A stretch of 64,000 bases of DNA from contig CAJQQZ010000054.1 of assembly GCA_905480575.1 (NCBI GenBank), positions 31,210 to 95,209 of the forward strand, read 5' to 3'. Below are positions 42,261 through 52,250 of the stretch, piece after piece. A program made the translations under genes and the position numbers. A model generated the notes under the pieces. It was not told the origin of the DNA. It ran no database searches and worked only from the letters and a program-made list of their open reading frames with translations. Numbering within the stretch: position 1 is the stretch's first letter; each line of letters begins with the position of its first letter. This stretch comes from an uncultured Alphaproteobacteria bacterium. Its GTDB lineage: Bacteria; Pseudomonadota; Alphaproteobacteria; UBA7985; CAJQQZ01.

Positions 42261-42383
42261 GAATTTGCTTTGGATGTTGCGGGCGGCGACTGAGGGCTGT
42301 CCGCACTCATTCGTGGCTGCTGACATACCTCTTCGTTTTCTCACAATTTCTTCTTTTGAATCCACGCAAGCGGGAGAATTGCG

Positions 42384-42662
42384 ATGTTGTTGACGACGTT
42401 GATTAAGGGTATGAACGAGCCAAAGGTTGCCGCTCAGTTTTTACTGACGGATGAAAAGGGTCGTACGCTCACGGCAGAAGAGGCCTTTTTTGGTTGGTTG
42501 ATGGCGTTACCCCATGAGACAACGCCACAGGTGGAAGCGCGATCAGCTTTGCAGACACTCGAAGCGCTTCCAAGCCCAAGCCAGAATCTCAAAGGGCTAA
42601 TTTTACTTTTCAAGCAGGCAAGTTTGCCGCCAGCCAGACGTCGGCGCGTTAGTCTTCACTAA
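42384..42662 (+). CDS. 92-aa hypothetical protein downstream of the cobalamin riboswitch
   Basis: GGGAG RBS 8 nt upstream of the ATG. No recognisable family. The 3' end overlaps a convergent minus-strand gene. Confidence 0.35.
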   Translation: MLLTTLIKGMNEPKVAAQFLLTDEKGRTLTAEEAFFGWLMALPHETTPQVEARSALQTLEALPSPSQNLKGLILLFKQASLPPARRRRVSLH

Positions 42663-42993
42663 AGATCGATAGATCAAGTTCTAACAGCTCGCCCATCCAA
42701 ATGGCGCGGTCGCGGTGGTCTTCCAGATGCTGTCCTGTGTCCGGGTGGGTGAAAACCGTTAGGCCCTGTCGGTTGAGTGCGAGCCAAGGAATCACTTGAT
42801 CGAACTTATCGGCGGGAACCGTCATTTGACAAGACCAGCGAGGGTGAGGCCCGACTGGCTTAGCATGCATGCGGCCCATCTTGATTTCAAACAGGTCGCG
42901 CATTTCTTCGCACAGCTTCTGGGCAAGATCATAGCTGCTATCGTCAAAGTAGATGTGAGCATGATAGCTCAGGATTTGATCAGTAGAGGTCAT
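42649..42993 (-). CDS. DOPA 4,5-dioxygenase-family (PF08883-like) small protein
   Basis: 114 aa with the YHAHIYF N-terminal motif. Confidence 0.6.
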   Translation of the reverse strand: MTSTDQILSYHAHIYFDDSSYDLAQKLCEEMRDLFEIKMGRMHAKPVGPHPRWSCQMTVPADKFDQVIPWLALNRQGLTVFTHPDTGQHLEDHRDRAIWMGELLELDLSIFSED

Positions 42994-42994
42994 T

Positions 42995-44047
42995 TTATCC
43001 TAACCATTCGATTGAACGACAATGCGGATCACCCACTGCCAGAACAAGCTCTTGCCCTTCTGGCCAGAGCCGTAGGCGTAATGTAGCCCTGTTATCATAT
43101 TCCGGGTCGATCTCATACCGTAACCAGGCCAAGGGGGCAGATGGCGCGGCGACCGCGCCAGTCTTTTCCATGTGTCGAATAATACGGTCTTGGCTAGCAC
43201 CAGGAAAATATTGGAACGCGATCGAGTGGATCAGAACAGAAACCTGGCCCTCTATTCCTAGAAGTTTCTCTTCGACCCAGTCTGCGGCGTCCATCCGATC
43301 AAGCTTTGGTGGCGTTTTCTCAGCAATGGCAATGGCCGCTGCGACCCGTTCTTGTCGCTCTGGCTGGTCTGGCCAGATGTAAGAGCGCAGTCTTTCTTGG
43401 TCCTGCTCGCTCGCGACATCCAAAGGATTTAGGTCTACACCTTGGCGGGCACTCACTTCGTATTTTTCTTGTGGTGGGCGTGACCCCTTCCAGCTGGTGG
43501 TTAGCGTGAGGTCCGACGTGCTATCTCCGTAGCTTTCACCGTCGTAAATGTAGTGAAAGCGGTCAGGGAACAGGTTGAGCCCAGCGTTGCTGCCAACCTC
43601 GAAAAGATTGAGTTGCAGCAATGTCTCTTTGGCCAAGACCATCAATCCAGCATTGAGCGCAATTGAGCGCGCCACTTCGTTGGTTTGAGGTGCCCATTGC
43701 AGCCAACGCAAGATTTCCGGCCCTTCCTTTTCCAAAACCTCAGAAACAGCTTCCCAAAGTTGGGCTCCTTTGGGCAACTGTCCAGGCGGATAGAGCGCCG
43801 CTAGCTTAGGATGGGTTCCGCGCTTAGCGAGAGCATGGAAAACGCCGGCGACGCGCAGGGTCAATACGTCATTCAGGGGATCAGAGTTCCCTGGCCATTC
43901 TAAGATGGCTTTGCCTGCTTGAGTGGATCTATTAACTCGCTCTGCGAAGGTTCGGCAGAACAAAGCTGTAAAAGGGGAGGCGAGTTTTTCGCACCATTCT
44001 GCTTGCACCGCGAAGGCGTCGCGAACTTGTTTTTCTTTTTCATCCAT
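42995..44047 (-). CDS. DUF2332-family protein
   Basis: 350 aa. Pattern and length resemble DUF2332. Confidence 0.5.
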   Translation of the reverse strand: MDEKEKQVRDAFAVQAEWCEKLASPFTALFCRTFAERVNRSTQAGKAILEWPGNSDPLNDVLTLRVAGVFHALAKRGTHPKLAALYPPGQLPKGAQLWEAVSEVLEKEGPEILRWLQWAPQTNEVARSIALNAGLMVLAKETLLQLNLFEVGSNAGLNLFPDRFHYIYDGESYGDSTSDLTLTTSWKGSRPPQEKYEVSARQGVDLNPLDVASEQDQERLRSYIWPDQPERQERVAAAIAIAEKTPPKLDRMDAADWVEEKLLGIEGQVSVLIHSIAFQYFPGASQDRIIRHMEKTGAVAAPSAPLAWLRYEIDPEYDNRATLRLRLWPEGQELVLAVGDPHCRSIEWLG

Positions 44048-44100
44048 GGAAACAAAGGTAAGCTATGCTGACCTTTCGTCAAGGCCCATCGTATAAAAAT

Positions 44101-44853
44101 TTAGAAGGAGACGTCTCGATAGAAAGCATTCATGAAGTAGAGCCCGTCTGATGGCGCGGTCATTCCTGCTATGGTTCGGTCCTTGGCTTCGAGAATGTCC
44201 TTCAGGTCCTCAGGTGTGAATTTGCCCTCTCCAACTTCCTTGAGACTGCCGGCAAAATTCCGGATCTGGTGGTACAAGAATGAACGGGCCGCAGCCTCAA
44301 TGATGATTTCCTGGCCTTCGCGATAAACATCGAGACGATCCAGAGTTTTGATCGGTGATTTTGCCTGGCAGTTGGCCGCTCTGAATGATGTGAAATCATG
44401 GCTGCCAACTAAATACGATGCCGCTTTTCTCATGGCGGGAACAGAGAGGGAGCGATGGACATTCCACGCCAGACCTTTGTCGAAAGTGAGAGGGGCCCGT
44501 CGATTAACTATTCTGTATTGATAGGCCCGGCCGATGCAGGAGAAACGCGCATGAAAATCACCAGTGACTTCCTGGACACCGACAATGGCGATAGGGTGAG
44601 GTCGCAGCAGAGCGTTAATAGCCTTAAACAAGCTGTGTGGGTCAGTTGATTTTGCAATATCAACGTGGGCATGCATGCCTTTTGCATGAACACCAGCATC
44701 GGTTCGCCCCGAAGACATGACCACAACTTTTTCCTGGCAGAACGAATGGATGGCCTCCTCGATCGCTTGTTGGACAGAGGGGCCATTTTCTTGACGTTGC
44801 CAGCCACAGAAGGGCCGACCGTCATATTCTATTTTGAGCAGGTAGCGGGTCAT
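44101..44853 (-). CDS. truA: tRNA pseudouridine(38-40) synthase
   Basis: YLLKIEYDG…GWQRQ…[11 protein letters not shown] catalytic-Asp motif. Confidence 0.9.
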   Translation of the reverse strand: MTRYLLKIEYDGRPFCGWQRQENGPSVQQAIEEAIHSFCQEKVVVMSSGRTDAGVHAKGMHAHVDIAKSTDPHSLFKAINALLRPHPIAIVGVQEVTGDFHARFSCIGRAYQYRIVNRRAPLTFDKGLAWNVHRSLSVPAMRKAASYLVGSHDFTSFRAANCQAKSPIKTLDRLDVYREGQEIIIEAAARSFLYHQIRNFAGSLKEVGEGKFTPEDLKDILEAKDRTIAGMTAPSDGLYFMNAFYRDVSF

Positions 44854-45761
44854 CAGTTCCCCAATTCTGTGCCCTTTGGCACGGGATTGCCTCTTAGGAA
44901 ATCAATTGCCGTCATGGCACCTTTACCCTGTAACTGGATGCGTTCAAGTTTCAGGGCTTTTTGACCACAAGCCACAACCAGATCGTCGGTCAGGATTTCT
45001 CCCGGTTTGCCTGTTCCTTCAACAATTGATGCTTGTAGGATTTTGAGAATTTTGCCGTCCAACTTTGTGCTGGTTCCAGGCCACGGGAAGAAGGCGCGGA
45101 TTTTTCTTTCCAGAACATCGGCTGGTTGAGAAAAGTCCAGTTGGCCTTCTGACTTTTCCAGTTTGTGAGCGTAGGTAATTCCTTCCGCATCTTGAGGTTC
45201 AGAACGCCACTCACCAGTCTTAATTGACTTAACGAGAAGATCGGCACCCAATGTTGACAAAAGGTCGTGCAAAGACTGTCCTGTTGTCTCATCTGTTAGG
45301 TCGGTTTCGCATCGGGCGATGACGGCCCCGGTATCTAGGCCTTTGTCCATCTGCATGATACATACGCCGGACTTGTCATCGCCTGCTTCCATAGCGCGTT
45401 GGATCGGTGCAGCGCCTCGCCATCTTGGCAACAGTGATGCGTGGACATTGATACAACCAAGCCTCGGCGCGTCAAGAATAGCTTGTGGGAGGATCAGACC
45501 ATAAGCGACAACAACAGCCAGATCGGCGTCCAATACAGCAAAAGCTTGTTGCTCTTCTTCTGATTTGAGCGACAAAGGGTGACGTGTCAGCCAGCCTTTG
45601 CTTTCTGCAAAAGCCTGAACGGGGCTCAGCTGTACTTTGTGACCTCTGCCCGATTTTCTAGGCGGTTGAGAATAGACCGCTACAATCTCGTGACCGGCTT
45701 TGGCCAAGGCCTCTAGGCAGGGCACGGAAAAGTCCGGTGTTCCCATGAAGATGATGCGCAT
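44853..45761 (-). CDS. fmt: Methionyl-tRNA formyltransferase
   Basis: [15 protein letters not shown]-terminus, 302 aa. Confidence 0.9.
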   Translation of the reverse strand: MRIIFMGTPDFSVPCLEALAKAGHEIVAVYSQPPRKSGRGHKVQLSPVQAFAESKGWLTRHPLSLKSEEEQQAFAVLDADLAVVVAYGLILPQAILDAPRLGCINVHASLLPRWRGAAPIQRAMEAGDDKSGVCIMQMDKGLDTGAVIARCETDLTDETTGQSLHDLLSTLGADLLVKSIKTGEWRSEPQDAEGITYAHKLEKSEGQLDFSQPADVLERKIRAFFPWPGTSTKLDGKILKILQASIVEGTGKPGEILTDDLVVACGQKALKLERIQLQGKGAMTAIDFLRGNPVPKGTELGN

Positions 45762-45772
45762 GGCCGGAGATC

Positions 45773-46306
45773 CTATTCCAAATCAGCAGCACGTGCTTTT
45801 TTGATCTTAAGTGATTTCTTAAGCATCATATTGCGTTTGAGAGCCGAGATGTGATCCGTAAACAGGATACCGTTCAAGTGGTCGATTTCATGCTGTATGC
45901 AGGTCGCCAGAATGCCGTCAGCATGGACAGATTGCTCCACACCGTCGCGGTCCAAAAAAGTAACTTTCACTTCGGCAGGTCTTTCAACGTCCGCGTATTG
46001 GTCTGGTATGGAAAGGCAGCCCTCTTGATAAACGTTGAGCTCTTCGCTCGACCAAGTGATCTTTGGGTTGGCCATCACGATGGGCTCTTTTGGCGCGTCT
46101 TCATCTTCCTTTTGAGCCACGTCCATCACAAGGATGCGTCTTAAATCACCGACCTGATTAGCGGCGAGCCCGATGCCTTGCGCTTCATACATTGTATCCA
46201 GCATATCATCCATGAAACTGCGAACGGCGTCATCGACAACATCGATGGCTTGCGCTTTTTTCTTGAGGACAGGATCGGGTGCTATGACGAGGGGAAGAAC
46301 GGCCAT
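45773..46306 (-). CDS. def: Peptide deformylase
   Basis: GIGLAANQVG, EGCLSIP and HEIDHLNG motifs. Confidence 0.9.
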   Translation of the reverse strand: MAVLPLVIAPDPVLKKKAQAIDVVDDAVRSFMDDMLDTMYEAQGIGLAANQVGDLRRILVMDVAQKEDEDAPKEPIVMANPKITWSSEELNVYQEGCLSIPDQYADVERPAEVKVTFLDRDGVEQSVHADGILATCIQHEIDHLNGILFTDHISALKRNMMLKKSLKIKKARAADLE

Positions 46307-46473
46307 TTGTACTTACTTTTTAAACACTAACAGGGTTTTGGCTACACCTAGGTGGTGACGGCAATTGGGTCAAGGCCCAAGGCGATTTAGCGAAAAAGAT
46401 TGAATTTCCACACATGGATCTCAATATAAGCTAAAGATAAATTCTAAACATCATAAACTCGGGGGAACTGAGC

Positions 46474-47427
46474 GTGCTTGAAGGCTTTTCGATTTTTGTC
46501 GTCGTATTATTCGTATTTGTCATTTTCATCGTATTTGCAGGCGTCAAGTCGGTGGCTCAGGGCCGAGAATATACGGTCGAGCGGTTTGGTCGCTACCGGG
46601 TTTCTTTGAAGCCGGGTTTGAACCTTATCATCCCTTTTGTTGATCGCATTGGCCGAAAGGTCAACATGATGGAGCAAGTGCTGGATATTCCAACTCAGGA
46701 AGTCATCACACGCGATAACGCCATGGTTTCTGTTGATGGCGTGGTTTTCTATCAAATCCATGATGCCGCTAAAGCTTCTTACGAAGTCAATAACTTAGAA
46801 CTAGCAATCATCAATTTGACGATGACTAACATTCGTACTGTCATGGGGTCGATGGAGCTCGATGAGTTGCTCAGCCAACGCGACAAGATTAACGCCGCCT
46901 TGCTCCATGTCGTGGACGAGGCCACTAATCCTTGGGGTGTTAAAGTAACCAGGATCGAGATCAAAGACATTGCACCGCCAAGAGATCTGGTCGATTCAAT
47001 GGCACGTCAGATGAAGGCGGAACGTGAAAAGCGTGCCCAGATCTTGGAAGCTGAAGGTTTCCGCGCTGCGGCTATTCTTAAAGCTGAGGGTGACAAACAA
47101 GCAGTGGTCCTCGACGCGGAAGGTAACAAAGAAGCAGCATTCCGCGAAGCAGAAGCCCGTGAAAGAGCTGGTGAAGCTGAAGCCAATGCAACGGCCATGG
47201 TGTCTGAGGCCATATCGAACGGCGGTGTTAATGCAGTTAATTACTTTATCGCCCAAAAATACGTCGAAGCACTCAAGACGATGGGAACCTCTGATAACAG
47301 TAAGGTTATCTTTATGCCCATGGAATCTTCTGGGGTTATCGGTTCAATCGGCGGGATCACCGAACTTGTGAAGAACGCTATGCATGAACAGAGTGACAAC
47401 AGCGGCCCTTGGAACAGTAAAAAATGA
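46474..47427 (+). CDS. SPFH/band-7 (stomatin/paraslipin-like) membrane protein
   Basis: N-terminal TM segment, SPFH domain, Glu/Ala-rich coiled coil. Confidence 0.85.
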   Translation: MLEGFSIFVVVLFVFVIFIVFAGVKSVAQGREYTVERFGRYRVSLKPGLNLIIPFVDRIGRKVNMMEQVLDIPTQEVITRDNAMVSVDGVVFYQIHDAAKASYEVNNLELAIINLTMTNIRTVMGSMELDELLSQRDKINAALLHVVDEATNPWGVKVTRIEIKDIAPPRDLVDSMARQMKAEREKRAQILEAEGFRAAAILKAEGDKQAVVLDAEGNKEAAFREAEARERAGEAEANATAMVSEAISNGGVNAVNYFIAQKYVEALKTMGTSDNSKVIFMPMESSGVIGSIGGITELVKNAMHEQSDNSGPWNSKK

Positions 47428-47438
47428 GGCTAGAGCCG

Positions 47439-47900
47439 ATGAACGACTTTCTTTCGGTTTTGAATGACCCTAATCATTGGCACTGGTTTGTCCTGGCTAT
47501 CATCTTGATTACGATTGAAGTGGTGGCACCTGGTTCCTTTTTCTTATGGATGGGTGTCGGTGCAGCCGTCACGGGCCTGGTGGTTTTGTTGTCGCCAGAA
47601 TTGGGCTTCACTTGGCAATTGTTGATCTTCTGTGTTGCAGCTTTAGTTGGGCTGATCGCGGGTCGTCATTTTTTTCGAAAAACAGCGGAAAACGAAGGAA
47701 GCTTTGGTCTTAACGAGCGCGGTGCTCAAATGGTTGGAAAGACCTTCATTGTGGCTGAAGCCTTCGTCGGCGGTCGCGGGAAAATCAAGGTTGGTGATTC
47801 ACTCTGGATTGCTTCAGGACCAGACGCTGAACAAGGTGATAGTGTTAAAGTCTTAGCGGTTAATGGTGTCATGGCCGAAGTTGAGAAAGTAGACCCTTAG
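47439..47900 (+). CDS. NfeD-family membrane protein (SPFH partner)
   Basis: Two TM helices plus a C-terminal OB-fold-like region. Overlaps or abuts the SPFH gene. Confidence 0.75.
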   Translation: MNDFLSVLNDPNHWHWFVLAIILITIEVVAPGSFFLWMGVGAAVTGLVVLLSPELGFTWQLLIFCVAALVGLIAGRHFFRKTAENEGSFGLNERGAQMVGKTFIVAEAFVGGRGKIKVGDSLWIASGPDAEQGDSVKVLAVNGVMAEVEKVDP

Positions 47901-47918
47901 GATCTTTTGGCGAAGCAA

Positions 47919-48854
47919 TCAGGCCTTTCTTTTAGGGAAGTTGATGGCGATCACCCCAAGAATAGCCAGAGAAACGCCAACAGCGACCATGGGCGTCAAC
48001 GTTTCGCCGAGGATAATCACGCCAAGCAACACCGATACACCTGCTCTCAAAAAGGCCTGGCTAGCGGTTCCAAGCGAGCCCAGGGTTTTGATCAAGCGAA
48101 AATAGATCAAGAATGCAAAGACGGTGCTGAACAAAGTCATCGCAGCTGCCGCTAGCAGAGATTCAGTACTGGGTGTCAGTGCCCAAGGTTGTTCCAATAG
48201 CAAAGCAGCCGGAACTAAAAACACCGTTCCCCAAAGAACCGTGCAAGTGGCGGTTACGACCGGGGCCAATCCGGAGAACCGTCGTCCGTTCAGAGCCGCA
48301 AAGGCATAGAGAATGGCGCCGGCTAGAGCCGCTAGCTGCGCTAACACCTGTTGACCTAAACCAGCCAAGACATCAACCCCTACAATGAGGACCACACCCA
48401 CAAGTCCAAGTGTGGCACCGATCAGCTTGAGCCAGCTGATATTTTCTAAGCGCCCCAAACAAAGTGAAATGAAGAAGACAAACAGTGGTGAAGTAGAATT
48501 CAAAACGCCGGCCAAACCGGAATCAATGTATTGTTGGCCCCATGCCAATAGCGTCCAAGCGCCAATCGCGTTGAGGAAAGATTGGACCAGCAGATGTCCC
48601 CAAGTCCTCACTTCGCGGGGGAGCTTTTCTTTCTGCCAGAACAGGACAAGGAGCAGTAGGACCGAGGCTCCTGTTACCCGAATGGCGATGAGGCTGAAGG
48701 GTGGAATGGTTTCTACCGCGATCTTCATGAAGAAGTAAGACGAACCCCAAAGCACCGCCAGGACGGCCAGCAAGAACAGTTCAAATCCAAAGTTAGTCTT
48801 CGGGTCGGCCATATGTGCTATTCCATCTGCAATCAAGAGCAAGCGGCTTAGCAC
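47919..48854 (-). CDS. EamA/DMT-family transporter
   Basis: Ten TM segments, two EamA repeats. The true start is probably the internal MADPK. Confidence 0.75.
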   Translation of the reverse strand: MLSRLLLIADGIAHMADPKTNFGFELFLLAVLAVLWGSSYFFMKIAVETIPPFSLIAIRVTGASVLLLLVLFWQKEKLPREVRTWGHLLVQSFLNAIGAWTLLAWGQQYIDSGLAGVLNSTSPLFVFFISLCLGRLENISWLKLIGATLGLVGVVLIVGVDVLAGLGQQVLAQLAALAGAILYAFAALNGRRFSGLAPVVTATCTVLWGTVFLVPAALLLEQPWALTPSTESLLAAAAMTLFSTVFAFLIYFRLIKTLGSLGTASQAFLRAGVSVLLGVIILGETLTPMVAVGVSLAILGVIAINFPKRKA

Positions 48855-48948
48855 AAAAGATCAAGAAAGTGCTTCGATAAAGGTCGAACTAAGGATTGAC
48901 GATGAGAGCTTTATGCATGCGATTGATTTTGGCAGGTAATCGAGGTGC

Positions 48949-49419
48949 TTAGAAAGCACCCATCTCCAGGCTCGCTGCCATCAACAGCCCCAATTGTTCG
49001 GCTTCCTCCAGCCAGTTGTCGTTCCATTTGCCTTTGAACAGCAGCGGTTCTTGCACCATTTTCCATCGAAGGCCGGTTGTGATGGTCTCTATGCCTTTGC
49101 GTGTACCGGTGCCGTCCAGTCCGGCACGAATGTAGACTGCCATCGGCAAACCCTGTTTTTCTTCCAAGACAGGGTAGTAACAACGATCAAAAAAATCCTT
49201 GAGCGCGCCCGACATATAGCCAAGATTTTCAGTGGTGCCCAAGATGATGGCATCTGCAGCGAGCACGTGCGCCGCTTGGGTTTCGAAAGGGTTGAGAGTT
49301 GTAACGGTGACACTATCCACATCAGGAGAGCTGGCACCACGCTGTACAGCATCTCTAAGGGCTTGTGTGTTGGGTGAAGGTATATGGCCAACAATGAGAA
49401 GTTGCTTATCGGGCATCAA
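48949..49419 (-). CDS. Flavodoxin-like fold NAD(P)H-dependent FMN reductase family protein
   Basis: 156 aa. LLIVGHIPSPNT N-terminus typical of NADPH-dependent FMN reductases. Confidence 0.55.
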   Translation of the reverse strand: MMPDKQLLIVGHIPSPNTQALRDAVQRGASSPDVDSVTVTTLNPFETQAAHVLAADAIILGTTENLGYMSGALKDFFDRCYYPVLEEKQGLPMAVYIRAGLDGTGTRKGIETITTGLRWKMVQEPLLFKGKWNDNWLEEAEQLGLLMAASLEMGAF

Positions 49420-49754
49420 ACCTGGGCCTTGGCTGAATCAATGACAGAAGGGATAGCCGTCTCGAATATTTCAATGAGTTCGGGGTCCATAAAGCTATAA
49501 TCGTCAGGAATGTCGAGAATGTAAATCTTTGCTTTGTTAACAAGACTGCCGAACTGTTGCAAAATTTGTTGGCGATGCTTTGGTTCCATGACGATGATGA
49601 GATCAGCCCAGGTCAAATCGGCCTCATTGATTTTTCGCCTCGCGCTGGCCGCAGTTCCGGCGGACCGGGCATTGAAGCCAGGCTTTCGACGCCAAAGGTT
49701 CTCCGCCGTTGGGCTGCGCCACTTGTTACGACTGCAAATGAAGAGCAAATTCAT
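49416..49754 (-). CDS. Low-molecular-weight phosphotyrosine phosphatase-like protein
   Basis: CX5R P-loop: LFICSRNKWRS. Confidence 0.6.
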   Translation of the reverse strand: MNLLFICSRNKWRSPTAENLWRRKPGFNARSAGTAASARRKINEADLTWADLIIVMEPKHRQQILQQFGSLVNKAKIYILDIPDDYSFMDPELIEIFETAIPSVIDSAKAQV

Positions 49755-49774
49755 GGGGAATCATCAATCCTCGG

Positions 49775-50233
49775 TCAGCCCCATTTGCCGGTGGTTCGAA
49801 ATTGGCTTTGAAAAATTGTTTCAACTTGGCGAATAAAGTTCTCTTTTTGATTTCTATCCACACCCTCGATTGTCTCTACTTTGACCAGCAAGTCCAAGGT
49901 GGATTGCGCTTGCTCAGAGGAAAAAGAATCAATGCTCCGATTGAGAATTTTATCGAGATTGTTCTTAACGTCGTCCCCACGGCCATAAAGATAACTACAG
50001 GACAGCAGCAGTTCTGTTGCTGCTTTGAGCGACAGAGAAAACTCTGATTGAAAGAGCATGATCAATTGCTGCTTTTCTTCCTTGCTCACCTCTCCGTCGA
50101 TCTTGGCAACAGCAAAGGCGAGCAGTGCGGCGGCCTCCATCGGGTCTTCGATCGAATAGATAGGATCTCCGCCAAGCTCGCCTTCGCTGCCAAGAGAAGG
50201 GATTAAGCCAACCAATGTCGACCCCACTGTCAT
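49775..50233 (-). CDS. TerB-like (tellurite-resistance TerB / DjlA-N fold) protein
   Basis: AKIDGEVSKEEKQQL pattern. Probable internal start at MEAAALL. Confidence 0.5.
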   Translation of the reverse strand: MTVGSTLVGLIPSLGSEGELGGDPIYSIEDPMEAAALLAFAVAKIDGEVSKEEKQQLIMLFQSEFSLSLKAATELLLSCSYLYGRGDDVKNNLDKILNRSIDSFSSEQAQSTLDLLVKVETIEGVDRNQKENFIRQVETIFQSQFRTTGKWG

Positions 50234-50459
50234 CCAATCGTTTGAGAAGGATCAGTATAGTGACGATGGTCCCAAGGATTCCCAAAATTATGTGCATCGT
50301 TCGTGGCTCAGCTGTAAGGTTGAATTCGCTAGAAAAAATCTATCGGGGATGTTCTAGCATTCCAGCCCTAGTTTGTCTCGCGGTGCCTGTTAGAAGAAGT
50401 GGTTGCGCAATTCACGCCTTTCTGTAGAGAGAAAGTCAGAAACATAGGAGTGCAAAGAA

Positions 50460-51974
50460 GTGACCAAAAAACCGAACATCCTTATTCTTATGGTCGACCA
50501 GGCTAATGGAACTTTCTTTCCTGATGGCCCCGCCGATTTTTTACATGCGCCAAATCTGAAGGCACTGGCTAAGAAGTCCGTTCGTTTTTCTAATGCCTAT
50601 TGTTCATCGCCCCTCTGTGCGCCATCACGAGCCTCCTTTATGGCGGGGCAGCTTCCGTCTCGAACCCGTGTCTATGACAACGCGGCTGAGTATGCTTCAG
50701 ATATTCCAACCTATGCACATCACCTTCGCAAACTTGGCTATTACACTTGTTTATCAGGCAAGATGCATTTTGTTGGGCCGGACCAGTTGCATGGTTTCGA
50801 AGAACGCTTAACCACCGATATCTATCCGGCTGATTTCGGCTGGACTCCGGACTACCGCAAACCGGATGAGCGTATTGATTGGTGGTATCACAATCTGGGT
50901 TCTGTCACCGGGGCGGGCGTTGCTGAGATTTCCAATCAGATGGAATATGATGACGAGGTCGCTTACAACGCCAAGCTCAAGATCTATGATCTCGCACGCT
51001 CGAGCCGTGACCGTCCCTTCTGTTTGACGGTCTCCTTCACCCATCCTCATGATCCTTATGTGGCTCGAAAGAAATACTGGGATCTTTATGAGGATAAGAT
51101 GCCGGAAATAGCGGTCCCCAAGATGGCCTATGAGGATCACGACCAACATTCGCAACGCATCTTCCGCGCCAACGATTACACGAAGTTTGATATTACCGAA
51201 GAGGACGTTTACCGGTCTCGCCGCGCCTATTTCGCTAACATCTCATACATCGATGACAAAGTGGGTGAACTCATGGAAGCCCTACGCAATTGTCGGATGG
51301 AAGATGATACGATCATCGTTTTCTGTTCCGATCATGGCGATATGCTGGGTGAACGCGGCCTTTGGTTCAAGATGTCATTCCTGGAAGGGTCAGCCCGTGT
51401 GCCGCTGATGATTTCATCACCAGACATGAAGCCCCAAACCATTGAAGCCCCGGTTTCTTTGTTGGATGTCACACCAACTTTGGCGGATTTGGCTGGTGCG
51501 GATCTTAGCGAGGTTGCTCCCTGGACAGATGGCGAATCTCTGTTGCCGTTGACAGAGGGAGTTAAGCGAAAGTCGCCTGTCTTGATGGAGTATGCGGCCG
51601 AGGGGTCAAACGCACCATTGGTTGCTATTCGGGACGCACGTTGGAAAATTATTCACTGTGAACTTGACCCGCCACAACTCTTTGACATGGTCAATGATCC
51701 GCATGAGCTAACCAATCTGGCGGATGATCCTGACCACGCCGAAATTTTTGAGGAACTGATGGATCAGGTGAAAGCTCGTTGGGACATGCAGGCCTTTGAT
51801 TCAGCTGTGCGCGAAAGCCAGGCCCGTCGCTGGGTGGTCTATGATGCGTTGCGTAATGGCGCTTATTATCCGTGGGATTTTCAACCCTTACAGAAAGCAT
51901 CAGAGCGTTATATGCGCAACCATCTTGATCTCAACACTCTTGAGGAAAATCAAAGATTCCCTCGGGGTGAGTGA
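50460..51974 (+). CDS. betC: Choline-sulfatase-like type I sulfatase
   Basis: GTG start. Formylglycine motif SPLCAPSRASFMAGQ. The overall N-terminal sequence (MTKKPNILILMVDQANGTFFPDGPADFLHAPNLKALA) closely resembles BetC. Confidence 0.75.
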   Translation: MTKKPNILILMVDQANGTFFPDGPADFLHAPNLKALAKKSVRFSNAYCSSPLCAPSRASFMAGQLPSRTRVYDNAAEYASDIPTYAHHLRKLGYYTCLSGKMHFVGPDQLHGFEERLTTDIYPADFGWTPDYRKPDERIDWWYHNLGSVTGAGVAEISNQMEYDDEVAYNAKLKIYDLARSSRDRPFCLTVSFTHPHDPYVARKKYWDLYEDKMPEIAVPKMAYEDHDQHSQRIFRANDYTKFDITEEDVYRSRRAYFANISYIDDKVGELMEALRNCRMEDDTIIVFCSDHGDMLGERGLWFKMSFLEGSARVPLMISSPDMKPQTIEAPVSLLDVTPTLADLAGADLSEVAPWTDGESLLPLTEGVKRKSPVLMEYAAEGSNAPLVAIRDARWKIIHCELDPPQLFDMVNDPHELTNLADDPDHAEIFEELMDQVKARWDMQAFDSAVRESQARRWVVYDALRNGAYYPWDFQPLQKASERYMRNHLDLNTLEENQRFPRGE

Positions 51975-51986
51975 CGTTCAGTTTGA

Positions 51987-52250
51987 TCAGATGCGCCGTT
52001 CGCTCTTTGGGCGGCGCAAGTACAGGAAGATTCCATAAAGAGAGATCAAAGCCCAAAAGAACTCAATCAAGAAGCCTGACCAATTCCATTCGAAATACAA
52101 AGAAATAATGATCAGGATCGACCCCAAGCCATTCACGATTGAAAAGCGCAGTTGAGCGCTGCTCCAACGTTCAATTTGGATCATCAGGTAAGCGAAAACG
52201 ATGCAAAAGACGCCAAAAGTGCCAACGATGTCATGCCATGCAACGTCCAT
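51987..52250 (-). CDS. Small membrane protein (87 aa) immediately downstream of the Kef-type antiporter gene
   Basis: Three hydrophobic helices. Confidence 0.4.
   Translation of the reverse strand: MDVAWHDIVGTFGVFCIVFAYLMIQIERWSSAQLRFSIVNGLGSILIIISLYFEWNWSGFLIEFFWALISLYGIFLYLRRPKSERRI

Noticed and set aside
42262-42383. Intrinsic terminator as the riboswitch expression platform
   Set aside because: Only an imperfect GC-rich stem (GCGG…CCGC) followed by a weak U-rich run. This is insufficient to call a terminator, and translational control is equally possible.
41990-42406. 138-aa plus-strand ORF overlapping the 42.0-42.4 kb region
   Set aside because: It coincides with the cobalamin riboswitch structure and has no RBS or family match. 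Treated as non-coding.
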